A stretch of 64,000 nt of DNA from an uncultured virus (IMG/VR IMGVR_UViG_3300009180_000025) (taxonomy: Duplodnaviria > Heunggongvirae > Uroviricota > Caudoviricetes), in the IMG/VR virus record IMGVR_UViG_3300009180_000025, one strand, 5' to 3'. Positions 47,601-57,186 of the stretch are shown in pieces (position 1 is the stretch's first letter; every line of letters begins with the position of its first letter). Under the pieces are notes generated by a model. That model ran no database searches. It worked only from the letters and a program-made list of their open reading frames with translations, and was not told the origin of the DNA. The translations under genes were made by a program, and so were the position numbers.

Positions 47601-47830
47601 TTAACTTTTAATGTTTTGTCATAAGCCTTTGCAGACTCATCGCCTTCGTACGATGCTGTCTTAGGATCTTTTCTTTGTGGAACCCCTTTGAACAGGTGTT
47701 CCTGGTCGGTAACACCTGGAACTAAGTTTGCATAGTCGGGATTATGAAGAGCCTTAAAGTTCTTCTCACCCTGAGAAAGAGGCTCTTGAACTTCGGTGAT
47801 ATTTTTCTTTAGTTTGTCATAGAGCGTCAT
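44699..47830 (-). CDS. Large modular putative internal head/core protein
   Basis: Lies between gp67-like and gp21; repeated EEVE.(L/I)DE motifs. Confidence 0.65.
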   Translation of the reverse strand: MTLYDKLKKNITEVQEPLSQGEKNFKALHNPDYANLVPGVTDQEHLFKGVPQRKDPKTASYEGDESAKAYDKTLKVKEEKVIKGGYRDDDGKYHQPKTSSNLLKDRIANKIAIAKKTADAMRKEEANQLDEKAKWRSSSAAKKITDPDKDLGMADYDYHHENPRSTGRLKSTADTEPSDGSINNRAKSSINSMGKRKGMISKADINRVKSNAFNTLNKEEVEPLDELSPELLGRYASRATKDASANLKKIAGAKDRYTGRTFQGRANKRETGADMAIDKIRGNYNVKVHAKEEVEESTNFYSIRHMSSAKLKFHIMNNLPHGSYSKSEMKVEHDRRMRTEPAYVKTKASLANTMPVKEELKPTDHKAERLDLINRAAAAGLTVAQRKAMRAAADLHGKAMNDMRYADAARKATKALGEEVEQIDELSPNLLHAYTKKAASQLANKATNDNATSNPRVQRKIKNRLRGIIGASGRNADRANDANEFSEEIELDEAGMPSSVIKSKQKYSNMSDKDFAAMHGNKPETELRSMAQRHGYGKDSSEYVNKVKRGSSMKKEEMESDYEETKKKTMKAFPNVKHFTKSGHPDWKKHGITNIPTTESVELDEVITKKTSMGDVISDFVHSKNPKFAGKSKKERMKQAMGAYYAMQRNEAYDAESSAEDDFEGLMAKTELSAIRDKASKLISMISDSDDLEAWVQSKISYAKVQIDGVYDYMTYSGEHKTPEESEYSQSGQMASNYGNFMNRMGEEYVVEKKSDDNEDDDEMERAASKNIINQMRKVPVDSMHKLTFENGKKHLVHHNNVVKALQVHANTPIAKGAKENVQNALGRSHEDFMHVVKYGKPAPVKARSKVSLAGMKEEADLETRESGMRPKKAIVVTGSDGKPKVRYFTPARKQIDVSSEGLKGNQHKIDANKNGKIDSQDFKLLRKKKVQEAEEMTPENVAKAAATQTQFGAVGNRNMQQDSIDKMQSDPLASKQKIKLPPTQGNKPIGGDTQTHPDIAEEILLNKLYDSLSEQNKEKFEAMLDTDDGIENLLDFAREQEL

Positions 47831-47834
47831 CTGA

Positions 47835-48041
47835 TTATTCTTCCTGATTTACGTCTTCTGCGGTTTCTTCATCAGAGGAATCTTCACCTGTAGTAGCCCC
47901 AAACATGCTAGCTGAAACGTCAGCAGTAATCGCAGTGATAGCCTGTTGCGACCTTTCAATCATTGCTGCATCAACAGCAGCTTTGAGTGCGATAGCATCT
48001 TTAGTGAATGCCGAGTGAAAAATATCAGATACTTCAGTCAT
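47835..48041 (-). CDS. Prohead core protein (gp67-like)
   Basis: Small, acidic tail, directly after the portal gene. Confidence 0.6.
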   Translation of the reverse strand: MTEVSDIFHSAFTKDAIALKAAVDAAMIERSQQAITAITADVSASMFGATTGEDSSDEETAEDVNQEE

Positions 48042-48064
48042 AATTTCCTCCAAAATCTACAAAG

Positions 48065-48072
48065 TATTTATA
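48065..48072 (-). promoter_or_regulatory. Late promoter TATAAATA
   Basis: Exact consensus. Confidence 0.8.
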
Positions 48073-48077
48073 AAAAA

Positions 48078-49637
48078 TTAGTACTGTTCGCCAGTACCTG
48101 GAATGTTTGGCTTATTAGCAATAGGTGGTGGTGGAGCAGGTTGTCCCGGATCTGTTGGTGGCATCAACGGAACTTTTTCTTGTTCCATTTCATCCATCAT
48201 ATCGGAAATTTCCTGTTCATTCATCTTTAAGACATTCTTGCGAATCCAAATGTCTGAGTAGTACCTACCGATATAAGGCATTAATTGGTTCAGAATATTG
48301 ATCCTACCTTGAATGACTTCAGCATTTTTGAACTCTTCAAAGTGATTGTCTTTAGTATAATCAAAGGTGATCTGTTGCTGAAGAGACGACCAATCTTCTT
48401 CTGAACAAATTCCTTTAAGAACTAATTGCTTCTTGAGCGCTTCCAAGAATAACATCGAGAATCTGCGGCGAAGACGTCCAACAAACTTAGTGAACTTGAC
48501 TTCGTCTCTCGAGATCTCAGAAGAGCGACCCAATACGTTTGCTGTCTCAGTATTCAATCTTGACACTGGAATATTAAGAGAGCGAAATAATTTCATCTGA
48601 AAGTATTCAACATCTTCCATCTTACCAAGGTTCTGACCAGACGGAAGCGTAGTAATTTCAGTACCGCGATTACCTTCACGGCGTGGAAGCCAGTAATCTT
48701 CTAGCATCGTCATGAACTTTCGGTCATCACGAACCTCACCAGTAACAGCGTCATAGACTAACCGATTCTTGTGACGAACCATCATGTCTCTGAGATATTG
48801 TTCTGCTTTAAGTTTAGGTAGGTTACCAACGTCAATATAGAAAATACGCCGTTCAGGAGCACGAGAAATACGATAGATGACAGTAGCATCTTCAAGCGTT
48901 CTTAACTGATTTATAGGCTTAATCGCTTTTTGCAGATAAGAGTAAACCATCTGGTTATTCTTATCCATAAGACCGGATGTAACGTGGATTATAGAATCTG
49001 TTGCAATTCTCAATCCGCCAGTCGAGTTATTATCTTGCGCCATCCCAGCATTTCCTGGAGACACTTGAAAAGAGCGATCAGAATAAACAAAGTATTCTCT
49101 TTTCGTCTTTTGAACGACAATTGGACCTTTAGGTTCTTTCTTGACTTCGCGAACTTTACGAATCTTGCGAGGATCTAGATAGCGTATCTCTTGGATGCCT
49201 TCGCGGGGCGCCTTTTCATCGATGATCGCATGATAGTATAGACGGCCATCTACGTACCAGCGTTTAAAGATCTCATAAGCTTCATTATTGAAGTTAAAGA
49301 GTCTGAGAATAACTTTAAACTCTTCGCGGATCCGATTCTTTACGTCATCACCGTATTCTATTTTTTCAAGATTTATTTCTACGACTTCATTTGAGTCTGT
49401 ATCAATGGCTTCGTTGACGATGTCATCAACTGCCTTTTCAATCTCAGCTTCAAGCGAGATCTCTCTGTATTTAGAAACAAGTTCAGCCTCAGTTCTTGCC
49501 GTCCCATCTAAATCGATGTAGGTACCGTACATGCCTCCTGCGGCTACTACTACGGCACCATCATCTTTTAGTTCTGGGGCAAAAGACTCAAGAGGCTGAT
49601 CTTCTTTTCGCCTGATTTCAAATCCAAATAATTGCAT
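48078..49637 (-). CDS. gp20: Portal protein
   Basis: YRISRAPERRIFYIDVGN, EDYWLPRREG. Confidence 0.98.
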   Translation of the reverse strand: MQLFGFEIRRKEDQPLESFAPELKDDGAVVVAAGGMYGTYIDLDGTARTEAELVSKYREISLEAEIEKAVDDIVNEAIDTDSNEVVEINLEKIEYGDDVKNRIREEFKVILRLFNFNNEAYEIFKRWYVDGRLYYHAIIDEKAPREGIQEIRYLDPRKIRKVREVKKEPKGPIVVQKTKREYFVYSDRSFQVSPGNAGMAQDNNSTGGLRIATDSIIHVTSGLMDKNNQMVYSYLQKAIKPINQLRTLEDATVIYRISRAPERRIFYIDVGNLPKLKAEQYLRDMMVRHKNRLVYDAVTGEVRDDRKFMTMLEDYWLPRREGNRGTEITTLPSGQNLGKMEDVEYFQMKLFRSLNIPVSRLNTETANVLGRSSEISRDEVKFTKFVGRLRRRFSMLFLEALKKQLVLKGICSEEDWSSLQQQITFDYTKDNHFEEFKNAEVIQGRINILNQLMPYIGRYYSDIWIRKNVLKMNEQEISDMMDEMEQEKVPLMPPTDPGQPAPPPPIANKPNIPGTGEQY

Positions 49638-49669
49638 AATGATTTCCTATGAAATAGCCGTTACAGTAT

Positions 49670-49677
49670 TATTTATA
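49670..49677 (-). promoter_or_regulatory. Late promoter TATAAATA (gp20), inside an AGCCGTTA/TAACGGCT inverted repeat
   Basis: Exact consensus. Confidence 0.75.
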
Positions 49678-49692
49678 ACGGCTTTTCTAGTG

Positions 49693-50247
49693 TTAAGTAG
49701 CGCCGCCGGCATTACCGGTATTGCCACCGATGATCTCGAAGTTATCGTATAAGAAGGTTACGTTAAACTCTTCCAGCTGGTCTTGAGTGTTCCAATCAAG
49801 ACCGATGTTCGAGACTTCAACCGGGAAGATGCCATTGAATTGATAAATCCTAAGCACTTCGCCAGCTTTACCAAAGTGGGTAACAGAAGCTTGAGACTTA
49901 TAGAGCGCAGGCGCTCCAGAAGCAAGCTTATTGATGTTACCTTCATAGGCATTAATCGAGTTATTCCATTGTTCCATCGCGTTACGAATTAGGAAGTCTT
50001 CATCGTTGATGATAGTGACAGTCCAAGGAGCAAAGGTACGATCTCCGGCCACATAGATCTTGCGGCCGAAGTATGGAACAGCGATGTTACCAATGGTGGA
50101 GGCGGGAATTTCCGCCCTCACCGTTAGGAATGGAACCTTGAGATCCGCAATGGGAGCCACTGGGTTCGTTATAGTGACTTGGTTCAGTGAAAGCCGAGCG
50201 CCACCAAGAGTTAATTGCGACCTGATGTCGTTTATCGAGAAAGCCAT
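49693..50247 (-). CDS. gp19: Tail tube protein
   Basis: GRKIYVAGDRTF..WTVTIINDEDF. Confidence 0.96.
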   Translation of the reverse strand: MAFSINDIRSQLTLGGARLSLNQVTITNPVAPIADLKVPFLTVRAEIPASTIGNIAVPYFGRKIYVAGDRTFAPWTVTIINDEDFLIRNAMEQWNNSINAYEGNINKLASGAPALYKSQASVTHFGKAGEVLRIYQFNGIFPVEVSNIGLDWNTQDQLEEFNVTFLYDNFEIIGGNTGNAGGAT

Positions 50248-50263
50248 TGTTAACCCCTACCTA

Positions 50264-52288
50264 TTAGAATCTACCAACAATTTCGTCAAATTGAACACCT
50301 GAGCGTACAGCGACGAAATTAAGTTGGATGAAGTTGATTGAACGAGCCGGCTTGATGTAGATGTCACCCCAGAACTCGTTGCGATCGATACGCTCGGGTG
50401 TGTTATTAGTTTCATCGCAGACTACTTTGAAGTCATAGATACCGCGCCGCCCCTTAATGTCCCTGAGATATGGTTCAACTAGGTTGCGGAAAGTAGATCT
50501 CGTGAATTCGTCGTTAAATTCAAAGAGTGTAAAATTAGCTGAAGTTGCGATAGCTTTTTCAAGAACGATAAACAAACGCCGTACGTTGATCCTATCAAAA
50601 GCTGAAGGTTTACCAAGAAGAGTTTTATCACCATATAAAACAACACCTTCACCAGGAAAGTTAACGACTGGGTTAATGTCAGCTTTATAAATTGCGTCTC
50701 TGTCTGCTTTATCTGGATTAAAAGCTAGTCTAACAACGTTCTTAATCTGACCGCGATTGAAACCGGCCGGAGAGAACCATGGGTCTCTAGTATTATCGGT
50801 ACGAACCATAGTTCCACCAACATCACCATTAAGAGGAATATAACGATAAGTATCGTTGTATCTATCGTACATATACTTGTAACCAGAATCCATCACGGCG
50901 TATGAACTATTATGAATAGCATTTCTGAAAGATATAATAGAATCTGCTGGACTGTTACCAGCGAAGTTAACAACTAAACTTCTTTCTGGCGATATAAGAA
51001 CCATACAGTCTTTGCGAACTTCCGCAATGTTATCGATGATCCAATTAGCAAGTCCTTCACCAACAGTACCGTATTGATTCTTACCACTAAGAATTAGAGA
51101 TATATCGACTAGTTCAGTTTTCGCAAACTTTGCATACGCAGAAGCCATGTTAGCAAGAGTCTGAGTGCTTTCAGTTACACCATCATATCCATCGCGGAAT
51201 GACTGAGTGTATGGTCCAACTGTGATTGCTGTCATGTTAGCAGCGGTGTTTGAAGTTACACCAGATCTTGCGTTCGCGTAAAAAACATACCGAGAGTTAT
51301 CATTGATGACAGTCTGATAGAAGTTTGTAGCGCCATTTTCAGTTTTTGCATCAGTTGCACGGGAAAGATCTTTCCAAACTTCAAGAACTTGACCAGCACT
51401 TCCGGTGAAAACACCATCTTCGTCGACGACAGCAATATGCATCTCATCTCCGGCACCACCAGCCGTTAAAGTAAACGCAGAAGTTCCAGGAGCCGTATCA
51501 ACAAAGTTGAAGTATTCCCAATACCGTGTAACCGAGTTCGAACTAACGTTCTGAGATAAGTTATAAGTAGTGGCAAGAGAAACGTTTGCCTGAGCGGTGA
51601 AAACAGTAGAGTTAGCGGTGACTGAAGGTGCACCTATAGCAGTGATCTTGATGTTCTGAATACCGATAGTGGAGTTACCAGCTGCGATATAGTCACCAAC
51701 ATTTAACTTCCCAACTATGGTGTTTGCCATAGTATTTGCGTTAGTGTTAGCGCTAGATGAAGTAACTACGATCTGAAGAGTGTTACTATTAATCCCGAAA
51801 CTAAAAGCCGGTATGCTGTCAGTATTACCAGTAATAGAATTTGAGTAAGCGTTTGGAGATTCGCAAGTCGAGATCTTCAATCCATTACCTAGATAACCAC
51901 CATATTTTGCTACCCAATATACGTTAGCATCGAAACTAGATATTGTGCTATAATCGTCACTGTTCTTGACTAGAACGTTAGCATGAACCGAAGTACTGTT
52001 TACAGTAGCTACTGAGTTGTATGTGTTACTAGCAGTGCTACGAACAACATAAAGTTGGTTACCATAAGCTAAGAAGCTTGAAGCTGTAAACCAAGTTTCA
52101 AAGTTGTTTGCTGTAGGCTTGCCGAATGTTACGGCGAGTTCATCTTCGCTCGAAATAAGAACTCTTTCGTTAATTGGTCCCCATCTGAAAACACCTGCAA
52201 TTGCACCTTGCGTAGTTGACACAGAAGGAACAACTGTTGTAAGGTCAATTTCAGAGATGTTGACGCCAGGACTTACTTGAAATGGCAT
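50264..52288 (-). CDS. gp18: Tail sheath protein
   Basis: SPGVNISEIDLT, PWFSPAG, FDRINVRRLF, KPARSINFI. Confidence 0.98.
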   Translation of the reverse strand: MPFQVSPGVNISEIDLTTVVPSVSTTQGAIAGVFRWGPINERVLISSEDELAVTFGKPTANNFETWFTASSFLAYGNQLYVVRSTASNTYNSVATVNSTSVHANVLVKNSDDYSTISSFDANVYWVAKYGGYLGNGLKISTCESPNAYSNSITGNTDSIPAFSFGINSNTLQIVVTSSSANTNANTMANTIVGKLNVGDYIAAGNSTIGIQNIKITAIGAPSVTANSTVFTAQANVSLATTYNLSQNVSSNSVTRYWEYFNFVDTAPGTSAFTLTAGGAGDEMHIAVVDEDGVFTGSAGQVLEVWKDLSRATDAKTENGATNFYQTVINDNSRYVFYANARSGVTSNTAANMTAITVGPYTQSFRDGYDGVTESTQTLANMASAYAKFAKTELVDISLILSGKNQYGTVGEGLANWIIDNIAEVRKDCMVLISPERSLVVNFAGNSPADSIISFRNAIHNSSYAVMDSGYKYMYDRYNDTYRYIPLNGDVGGTMVRTDNTRDPWFSPAGFNRGQIKNVVRLAFNPDKADRDAIYKADINPVVNFPGEGVVLYGDKTLLGKPSAFDRINVRRLFIVLEKAIATSANFTLFEFNDEFTRSTFRNLVEPYLRDIKGRRGIYDFKVVCDETNNTPERIDRNEFWGDIYIKPARSINFIQLNFVAVRSGVQFDEIVGRF

Positions 52289-52334
52289 GATTTTCTCCTT
52301 TATATCATAAAACTAGAGCAATAAATCTTATTCT

Positions 52335-52342
52335 TATTTATA
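52335..52342 (-). promoter_or_regulatory. Late promoter TATAAATA (gp18)
   Basis: Exact consensus. Confidence 0.8.
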
Positions 52343-52348
52343 AAAAGG

Positions 52349-53956
52349 CTAGCTTATAAACCAATTATCAAATTCACTACTAGAAACTATAACCGCCTCA
52401 TCTACGGGCATACCATCGTCTTGGTAACCAAAGGGAGACATATTCTCTTCTATCTGTCTTTCATTTTCTTCAAGGATTTTTTGACGAACGTCGGTATCTG
52501 ATAACTGTTTAAAGTACTCTTGGCTAACCATCCATGAGAATAATACTAGACACATGACTAAATCGTCATGGTGACCTTCTTCTGCATTATAAGAAGTTCT
52601 ATCAGCTACATAAGTAGAAAGTTGTTGTATGATGTTAAAGTCGTTGAGTTTAATTTTATGAGACTCAACCATTGACTTAAGGTTTGTACACCCTATTCTT
52701 TTAGTAAGTTTAGTGGTTTTCATGCCTAAGCGACTCTGAGACCCGCCGGATCCAAGAGAAACACCTTTTCTGCCGCCAACCTGCGTAGTAACTACGTTTT
52801 CATATTCGAGATCTTGGTGAAGAATATTAACTACTTGAGATCCTATATTGGTTTCAATTAATACCCAAGCTTCATTAAAGTACTTAGCAACATTCATAAT
52901 AAGAGTTGGGAACAAAAGTTCCGAAATACTGGAATTCTGATAAGTAGCAACTACTTCGTAAGGAACAGTAGTAACATCTATTATTGTAAATGCTGAACTA
53001 TCCTGCCCAAGCCCTTCAGCTAAGTCAACTGTCATAAAGTATTGGTGATCTTTCTTTGGATCTGTAAATACGTTAACACCGAGTTGAATTGTAGACGGCG
53101 GAAAGAATACTAACTTTGACAAAATAGATGGATGAATAAGCGTATTAGACGATCCAAGAAACTCACACTCAAATTCCTGACGGAATTGATCGATTGAAGT
53201 GTTCTTAATCATCAACTCTTTCCAGACTTCATCACGACCTGGAACGTCTGACCAATGAACGTCTACTCTGGCATAGGTGTTTCTATCTTGTTCAGAATCC
53301 ATCCATATCTTATAGAAAAGATCCATACCATTTGGAGTTGAAGTGATGATGAGCTTTGTAGTTTCACCCGATGAAATCGTTGGAAAGACTGAAGCAAAGA
53401 ACTGGTCTTGAATGTTACGAGGAACGAACGCAAATTCGTCTAAGTAAATCAGATTGTATGATTGACCACGAACGGCCGTTGATGACGTAGAAGAAGCAAA
53501 AATCTTAGAACCATTTTCGAGTTCAATGCTTCCTTTATTCCATTCAATGATTCCTTGCTGCATCCATTTTGGAAGCCATTCGTAAGCTAATTGAACTCTT
53601 GATAAGATCTCACGCGCTTGTCTCTCTTTGTTTGCGAGGACTGCGGTGTTATAGTTTTCATTAAATAATGCTTTGTGTAAAAGATATCCTACAACACCCG
53701 TGGTTTTACCAACTTGTCGAGGCATTTTGCATATCGTATATCGATTTTCGTCGAACACGTCAAACATTTTAACTTGATACTTATAAGGCTGAAAGTCTAT
53801 CAGACCCCGATCAACGTTAACAATCTTAACGTACTTGGCGCAAAAATATTCAACATCTCTAGCACACTTTAGATATTCTTGAACTTGATCCGCGGTGAAG
53901 GGGATCTTCACATCACGTCTCTTTAAGTTCTTATTACCTAAATAAATCTCACTCAT
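52349..53956 (-). CDS. gp17: Terminase large subunit
   Basis: PRQVGKTT, YLDEFAF, TSTPNG, HDDLVM. Confidence 0.98.
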   Translation of the reverse strand: MSEIYLGNKNLKRRDVKIPFTADQVQEYLKCARDVEYFCAKYVKIVNVDRGLIDFQPYKYQVKMFDVFDENRYTICKMPRQVGKTTGVVGYLLHKALFNENYNTAVLANKERQAREILSRVQLAYEWLPKWMQQGIIEWNKGSIELENGSKIFASSTSSTAVRGQSYNLIYLDEFAFVPRNIQDQFFASVFPTISSGETTKLIITSTPNGMDLFYKIWMDSEQDRNTYARVDVHWSDVPGRDEVWKELMIKNTSIDQFRQEFECEFLGSSNTLIHPSILSKLVFFPPSTIQLGVNVFTDPKKDHQYFMTVDLAEGLGQDSSAFTIIDVTTVPYEVVATYQNSSISELLFPTLIMNVAKYFNEAWVLIETNIGSQVVNILHQDLEYENVVTTQVGGRKGVSLGSGGSQSRLGMKTTKLTKRIGCTNLKSMVESHKIKLNDFNIIQQLSTYVADRTSYNAEEGHHDDLVMCLVLFSWMVSQEYFKQLSDTDVRQKILEENERQIEENMSPFGYQDDGMPVDEAVIVSSSEFDNWFIS

Positions 53957-54339
53957 TGGTCTTTGTCGTTCTTTATCATCTTCAAGAGTTCGGCTGAAGT
54001 TAAGATCAAATTATTGTTTATTGTTTTAGGGCCACCATCATCATCTTTAGCCTGAAGTTCTTTTTGCTTCTTTGCTAAGTCAAGAAGATCTTTATTCGCA
54101 TCAACCATCGTCTTCAAAAGATTAGTAACGACTTCAAAAGCTCTAGGAGATTCCGATTGTTTAGCAACATCGAAGATCTCTTCTAAAGCATCGTTTCCTT
54201 TATTGATTAAACTATAGAGATTACCCCGCGCGAACTCATAATCGTCCGACGACGTATTTGGAGCTAAACCCATCGTTTTTATTCTTGGAAGTTCAGGAAG
54301 ATTTAAACTCTGCCCGATCACGTCTCTTCTATCAGCCAC
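53953..54339 (-). CDS. gp16: Terminase small subunit
   Basis: DYEFARGNL, ESPRAFEV. Confidence 0.93.
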   Translation of the reverse strand: MADRRDVIGQSLNLPELPRIKTMGLAPNTSSDDYEFARGNLYSLINKGNDALEEIFDVAKQSESPRAFEVVTNLLKTMVDANKDLLDLAKKQKELQAKDDDGGPKTINNNLILTSAELLKMIKNDKDQ

Positions 54340-55144
54340 TTGGGAAATCCGTTGTTGTTATGATGTAATCAAAATTATCAGTTTCATCAATCGAAGTATA
54401 TGCTATAGAATCTCCAATGACAGTAGTAGGATTTCCATTTGCATCAAGCCCAGGTTGAGTTACTATGCTTTGAAGCGCTAAGTTAGCAGTCATAGGAGCG
54501 TAAGACTTGACTGTAGCAATTTTAATCTGTTTTGCGTTTGTAACGGGACCATAAAGATAAGCTTTCATCGTGAAAGTCATAGTCCAAATTAAAGCTCTGC
54601 GCTGAGTAAAGTCACCCGAATAAAGATCTTCTATACTAACTGATCCAATCACAATTGGAATATCAGTAGTTTTCGGAAAGTCTGCTAGAAGTTGCGCTGA
54701 GATAGTCCATTCTGGAGTGAAGTATGGAAGAATCTGTTCAACAATCCTAGTCGCGTCTTCAGTCTGTTTAGCCATAATAGACATAGTGAATTCTATGTCA
54801 TATGGAACCGGTGAATATACTTTCTTTAGAACGCTATTTCCACTAACGTTTTGATTCGTATATAATGGAATAGTAGTCTGAAGTTTTCTTTCGCTAGCAT
54901 ACCGTATTCCAGTTATTTCAAAACCAATCCTAGGAAGGATTGCCGCAGCGTCAACAATACCAGTGGGATTAGCATCTACACGAGCTAAAAACTTTTCTCG
55001 TGGTCCATAAGCTATCGGAACTTTTAATGTTAAAGCAACTGTTCCATCAGAATTTAATTTTTCAACTCTGATGTTATTAAATAGAGTGCCGAATATAACT
55101 ACGTACTTGCGAAGTAATGAGTGATAAAAAGGAACTGAAAGCAT
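54332..55144 (-). CDS. gp15: Tail sheath stabiliser/completion protein
   Basis: FGTLFNNI, VPIAYGPREKF, EQILPYFTP. Confidence 0.95.
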   Translation of the reverse strand: MLSVPFYHSLLRKYVVIFGTLFNNIRVEKLNSDGTVALTLKVPIAYGPREKFLARVDANPTGIVDAAAILPRIGFEITGIRYASERKLQTTIPLYTNQNVSGNSVLKKVYSPVPYDIEFTMSIMAKQTEDATRIVEQILPYFTPEWTISAQLLADFPKTTDIPIVIGSVSIEDLYSGDFTQRRALIWTMTFTMKAYLYGPVTNAKQIKIATVKSYAPMTANLALQSIVTQPGLDANGNPTTVIGDSIAYTSIDETDNFDYIITTTDFPSG

Positions 55145-55878
55145 TACGTCCTGTTGCCCCCTGCCTTTTCGCTGAATGGATCAAACTCAGTAAAGTCTAT
55201 GAATTCTAGGCCTTCAGTTTCAAAAATCTGATTTTCGGCTTGAATATCTATATTTTCGACTTTATAACTTTCAAGTATGATACGCTCGCCGTATTGCGTG
55301 ATAATAACATTTCCATTTTCAGCAAGAATATTATAGGCATCTGATGCCAAGGAAAGCGCGTTATACTTATTGTCAATCTCAGTAATGCCAGTATTGAAAA
55401 TTTCGCTGTTTGTTTCGTAAAGCTCAACAGTTAAATCATAAGTCTGAAGTGCACCAAGTTGATAGAATATGGGTTTAACGTCAGCTTTCTTAATCTGGAA
55501 TACTGATTTAGTAAGTGGGAACCAAATAAGATCGCCTTCATTAGGACGAATCTCTGAATTATAATTTCCAACTTCAGCTAAGAACGTTCTTTGCGCCATA
55601 GTCAAGACCATTTGATCTTGAACTTGTATACCAAACTTCGAAAGAAATTCACCGTCGCCAGTAAATCCATCAACGTTTCTGATATAAGCTTCAATCAAAT
55701 AAGCCGAATTATATGAATAAGTTGAACCTTCTCTAAAAACTGCATCTTTATTATTTACAGTCCTAGGAATGTAATATACGTCAATGCCATAGATCCTAAT
55801 CGTTTCAATGATTAGGTCTTCAATAAGATTCTGTTCGGCAGAAGAATTGAAGTTATTAAAGAAGAGCGAAGTTGCCAT
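55144..55878 (-). CDS. gp14: Neck protein
   Basis: EQNLIEDL, YYIPR, SKFG, RPNEGDLIWFP. Confidence 0.94.
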   Translation of the reverse strand: MATSLFFNNFNSSAEQNLIEDLIIETIRIYGIDVYYIPRTVNNKDAVFREGSTYSYNSAYLIEAYIRNVDGFTGDGEFLSKFGIQVQDQMVLTMAQRTFLAEVGNYNSEIRPNEGDLIWFPLTKSVFQIKKADVKPIFYQLGALQTYDLTVELYETNSEIFNTGITEIDNKYNALSLASDAYNILAENGNVIITQYGERIILESYKVENIDIQAENQIFETEGLEFIDFTEFDPFSEKAGGNRT

Positions 55879-55881
55879 AAA

Positions 55882-56865
55882 TTACCCGATCATGTCATAA
55901 GACGGAAGTGAATAAGATACAGCCATCTCATTCTCGAGTTTTTCTATTTCATCGTGAGAATCGTTATAAATCTTTTCGCCATTAAATGTAACGCCGCCGG
56001 GAAGTTGCAAACCATTAAACTTGGTTAGGTTAGTTCCCCATTGCTTCTTAATTAGTGCTGATGCATATCTTTGGAGCCAACGATCGTTCCATACGTCAGT
56101 ATACTTAGCTGGATCAACAATCTGATATGCTTCGACTAATAGGTATTGACCAACTTGAATCTTATCCCAATTAACATCAATGTATAAACGATTCGTATTT
56201 CTATTGTAGCGAATTGGTTGTTTACCAACAAGTAATTGCTCAAGCAATTGAATATGCTGGAACGCCATGTAATAGGGAACCATTGACTGATAAGTAAGAC
56301 TATACAAATCGTTAAGTGCGATCTGATAACGAATGTTGAATATGTTATTTGTCGCGATGTAATCGCCAATATCAAATATGTTCACGACACCAATTATGTT
56401 TTGGGGAATCGTTACGTATCCGCCTTTAAAAGCTTCAACGCTAGCTCCAGAACCAGTGCTGGTTGTGATAGTTACGTTTGGATCGAGTCTATACCCAGAT
56501 CCAACAGCTGTTACAGTAATTGCACTAATTGTACCATTCGCATAAGTTCTAAGCGTTGCAGTAGCTGCTGAACCAGTAGTATCACCAGTCGTAGCAGTAA
56601 TCGTGACCGTATCATTATTTGAATACGCTGTACCGCCATCATAAACTTTGATTTCTTTTACGGCGTCTGGAAAGTCACTGGCTTGGAATATGTAACTATA
56701 GAATTGTTTCTCTGTACCATCAAAGTGATAATCGTAATAATACTTCAAAGCTTCGTCAATGCGGTCTTCTACTTGATCATCATCTACGTTAATCTCGATG
56801 ACGGGCTTGCCAAGTTTACGCAAGCAATATTCTTTAAATTGGTCTCGTGTAGTTAAAGTGGCCAT
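55882..56865 (-). CDS. gp13: Neck protein with an internal insertion
   Basis: LRKLGKPVIEINV, QWGTNLTKF..QLPGGVT. Confidence 0.94.
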   Translation of the reverse strand: MATLTTRDQFKEYCLRKLGKPVIEINVDDDQVEDRIDEALKYYYDYHFDGTEKQFYSYIFQASDFPDAVKEIKVYDGGTAYSNNDTVTITATTGDTTGSAATATLRTYANGTISAITVTAVGSGYRLDPNVTITTSTGSGASVEAFKGGYVTIPQNIIGVVNIFDIGDYIATNNIFNIRYQIALNDLYSLTYQSMVPYYMAFQHIQLLEQLLVGKQPIRYNRNTNRLYIDVNWDKIQVGQYLLVEAYQIVDPAKYTDVWNDRWLQRYASALIKKQWGTNLTKFNGLQLPGGVTFNGEKIYNDSHDEIEKLENEMAVSYSLPSYDMIG

Positions 56866-56885
56866 TATAAATTCCTTATTTTAGA

Positions 56886-56893
56886 TATTTATA
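56886..56893 (-). promoter_or_regulatory. Late promoter TATAAATA (gp13)
   Basis: Exact consensus. Confidence 0.8.
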
Positions 56894-56894
56894 A

Positions 56895-57185
56895 TCAACC
56901 GTAGCAGTTTACATTCCCACTTCCAGCAGAAGCAGAAGGAGCGCAATGCGCGCCACCGGGAACCGGACACAGAGCGTCAGGATCCGCCGGATCTCCAACA
57001 ACTACTACTGCAAGATTGTTTATTTTAATAGTGGAGGCAGACGGATTTAATCCACCCCCACCATCAGTATTTACATCATTATCTACTGCCCATAGAAGGT
57101 TATTAATTCGAACTGTAGTTTGACCAGATACTATCGTAGTCGCACCACAAGCTCGAGCGTCACCGTGTCTATGAGCAGCTGTCAA
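56895..57185 (-). CDS. PAAR-like spike tip protein (gp5.4-like)
   Basis: HRHGD..CG, V.INN, GD, GSGNV. Confidence 0.8.
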   Translation of the reverse strand: MTAAHRHGDARACGATTIVSGQTTVRINNLLWAVDNDVNTDGGGGLNPSASTIKINNLAVVVVGDPADPDALCPVPGGAHCAPSASAGSGNVNCYG

Positions 57186-57186
57186 A

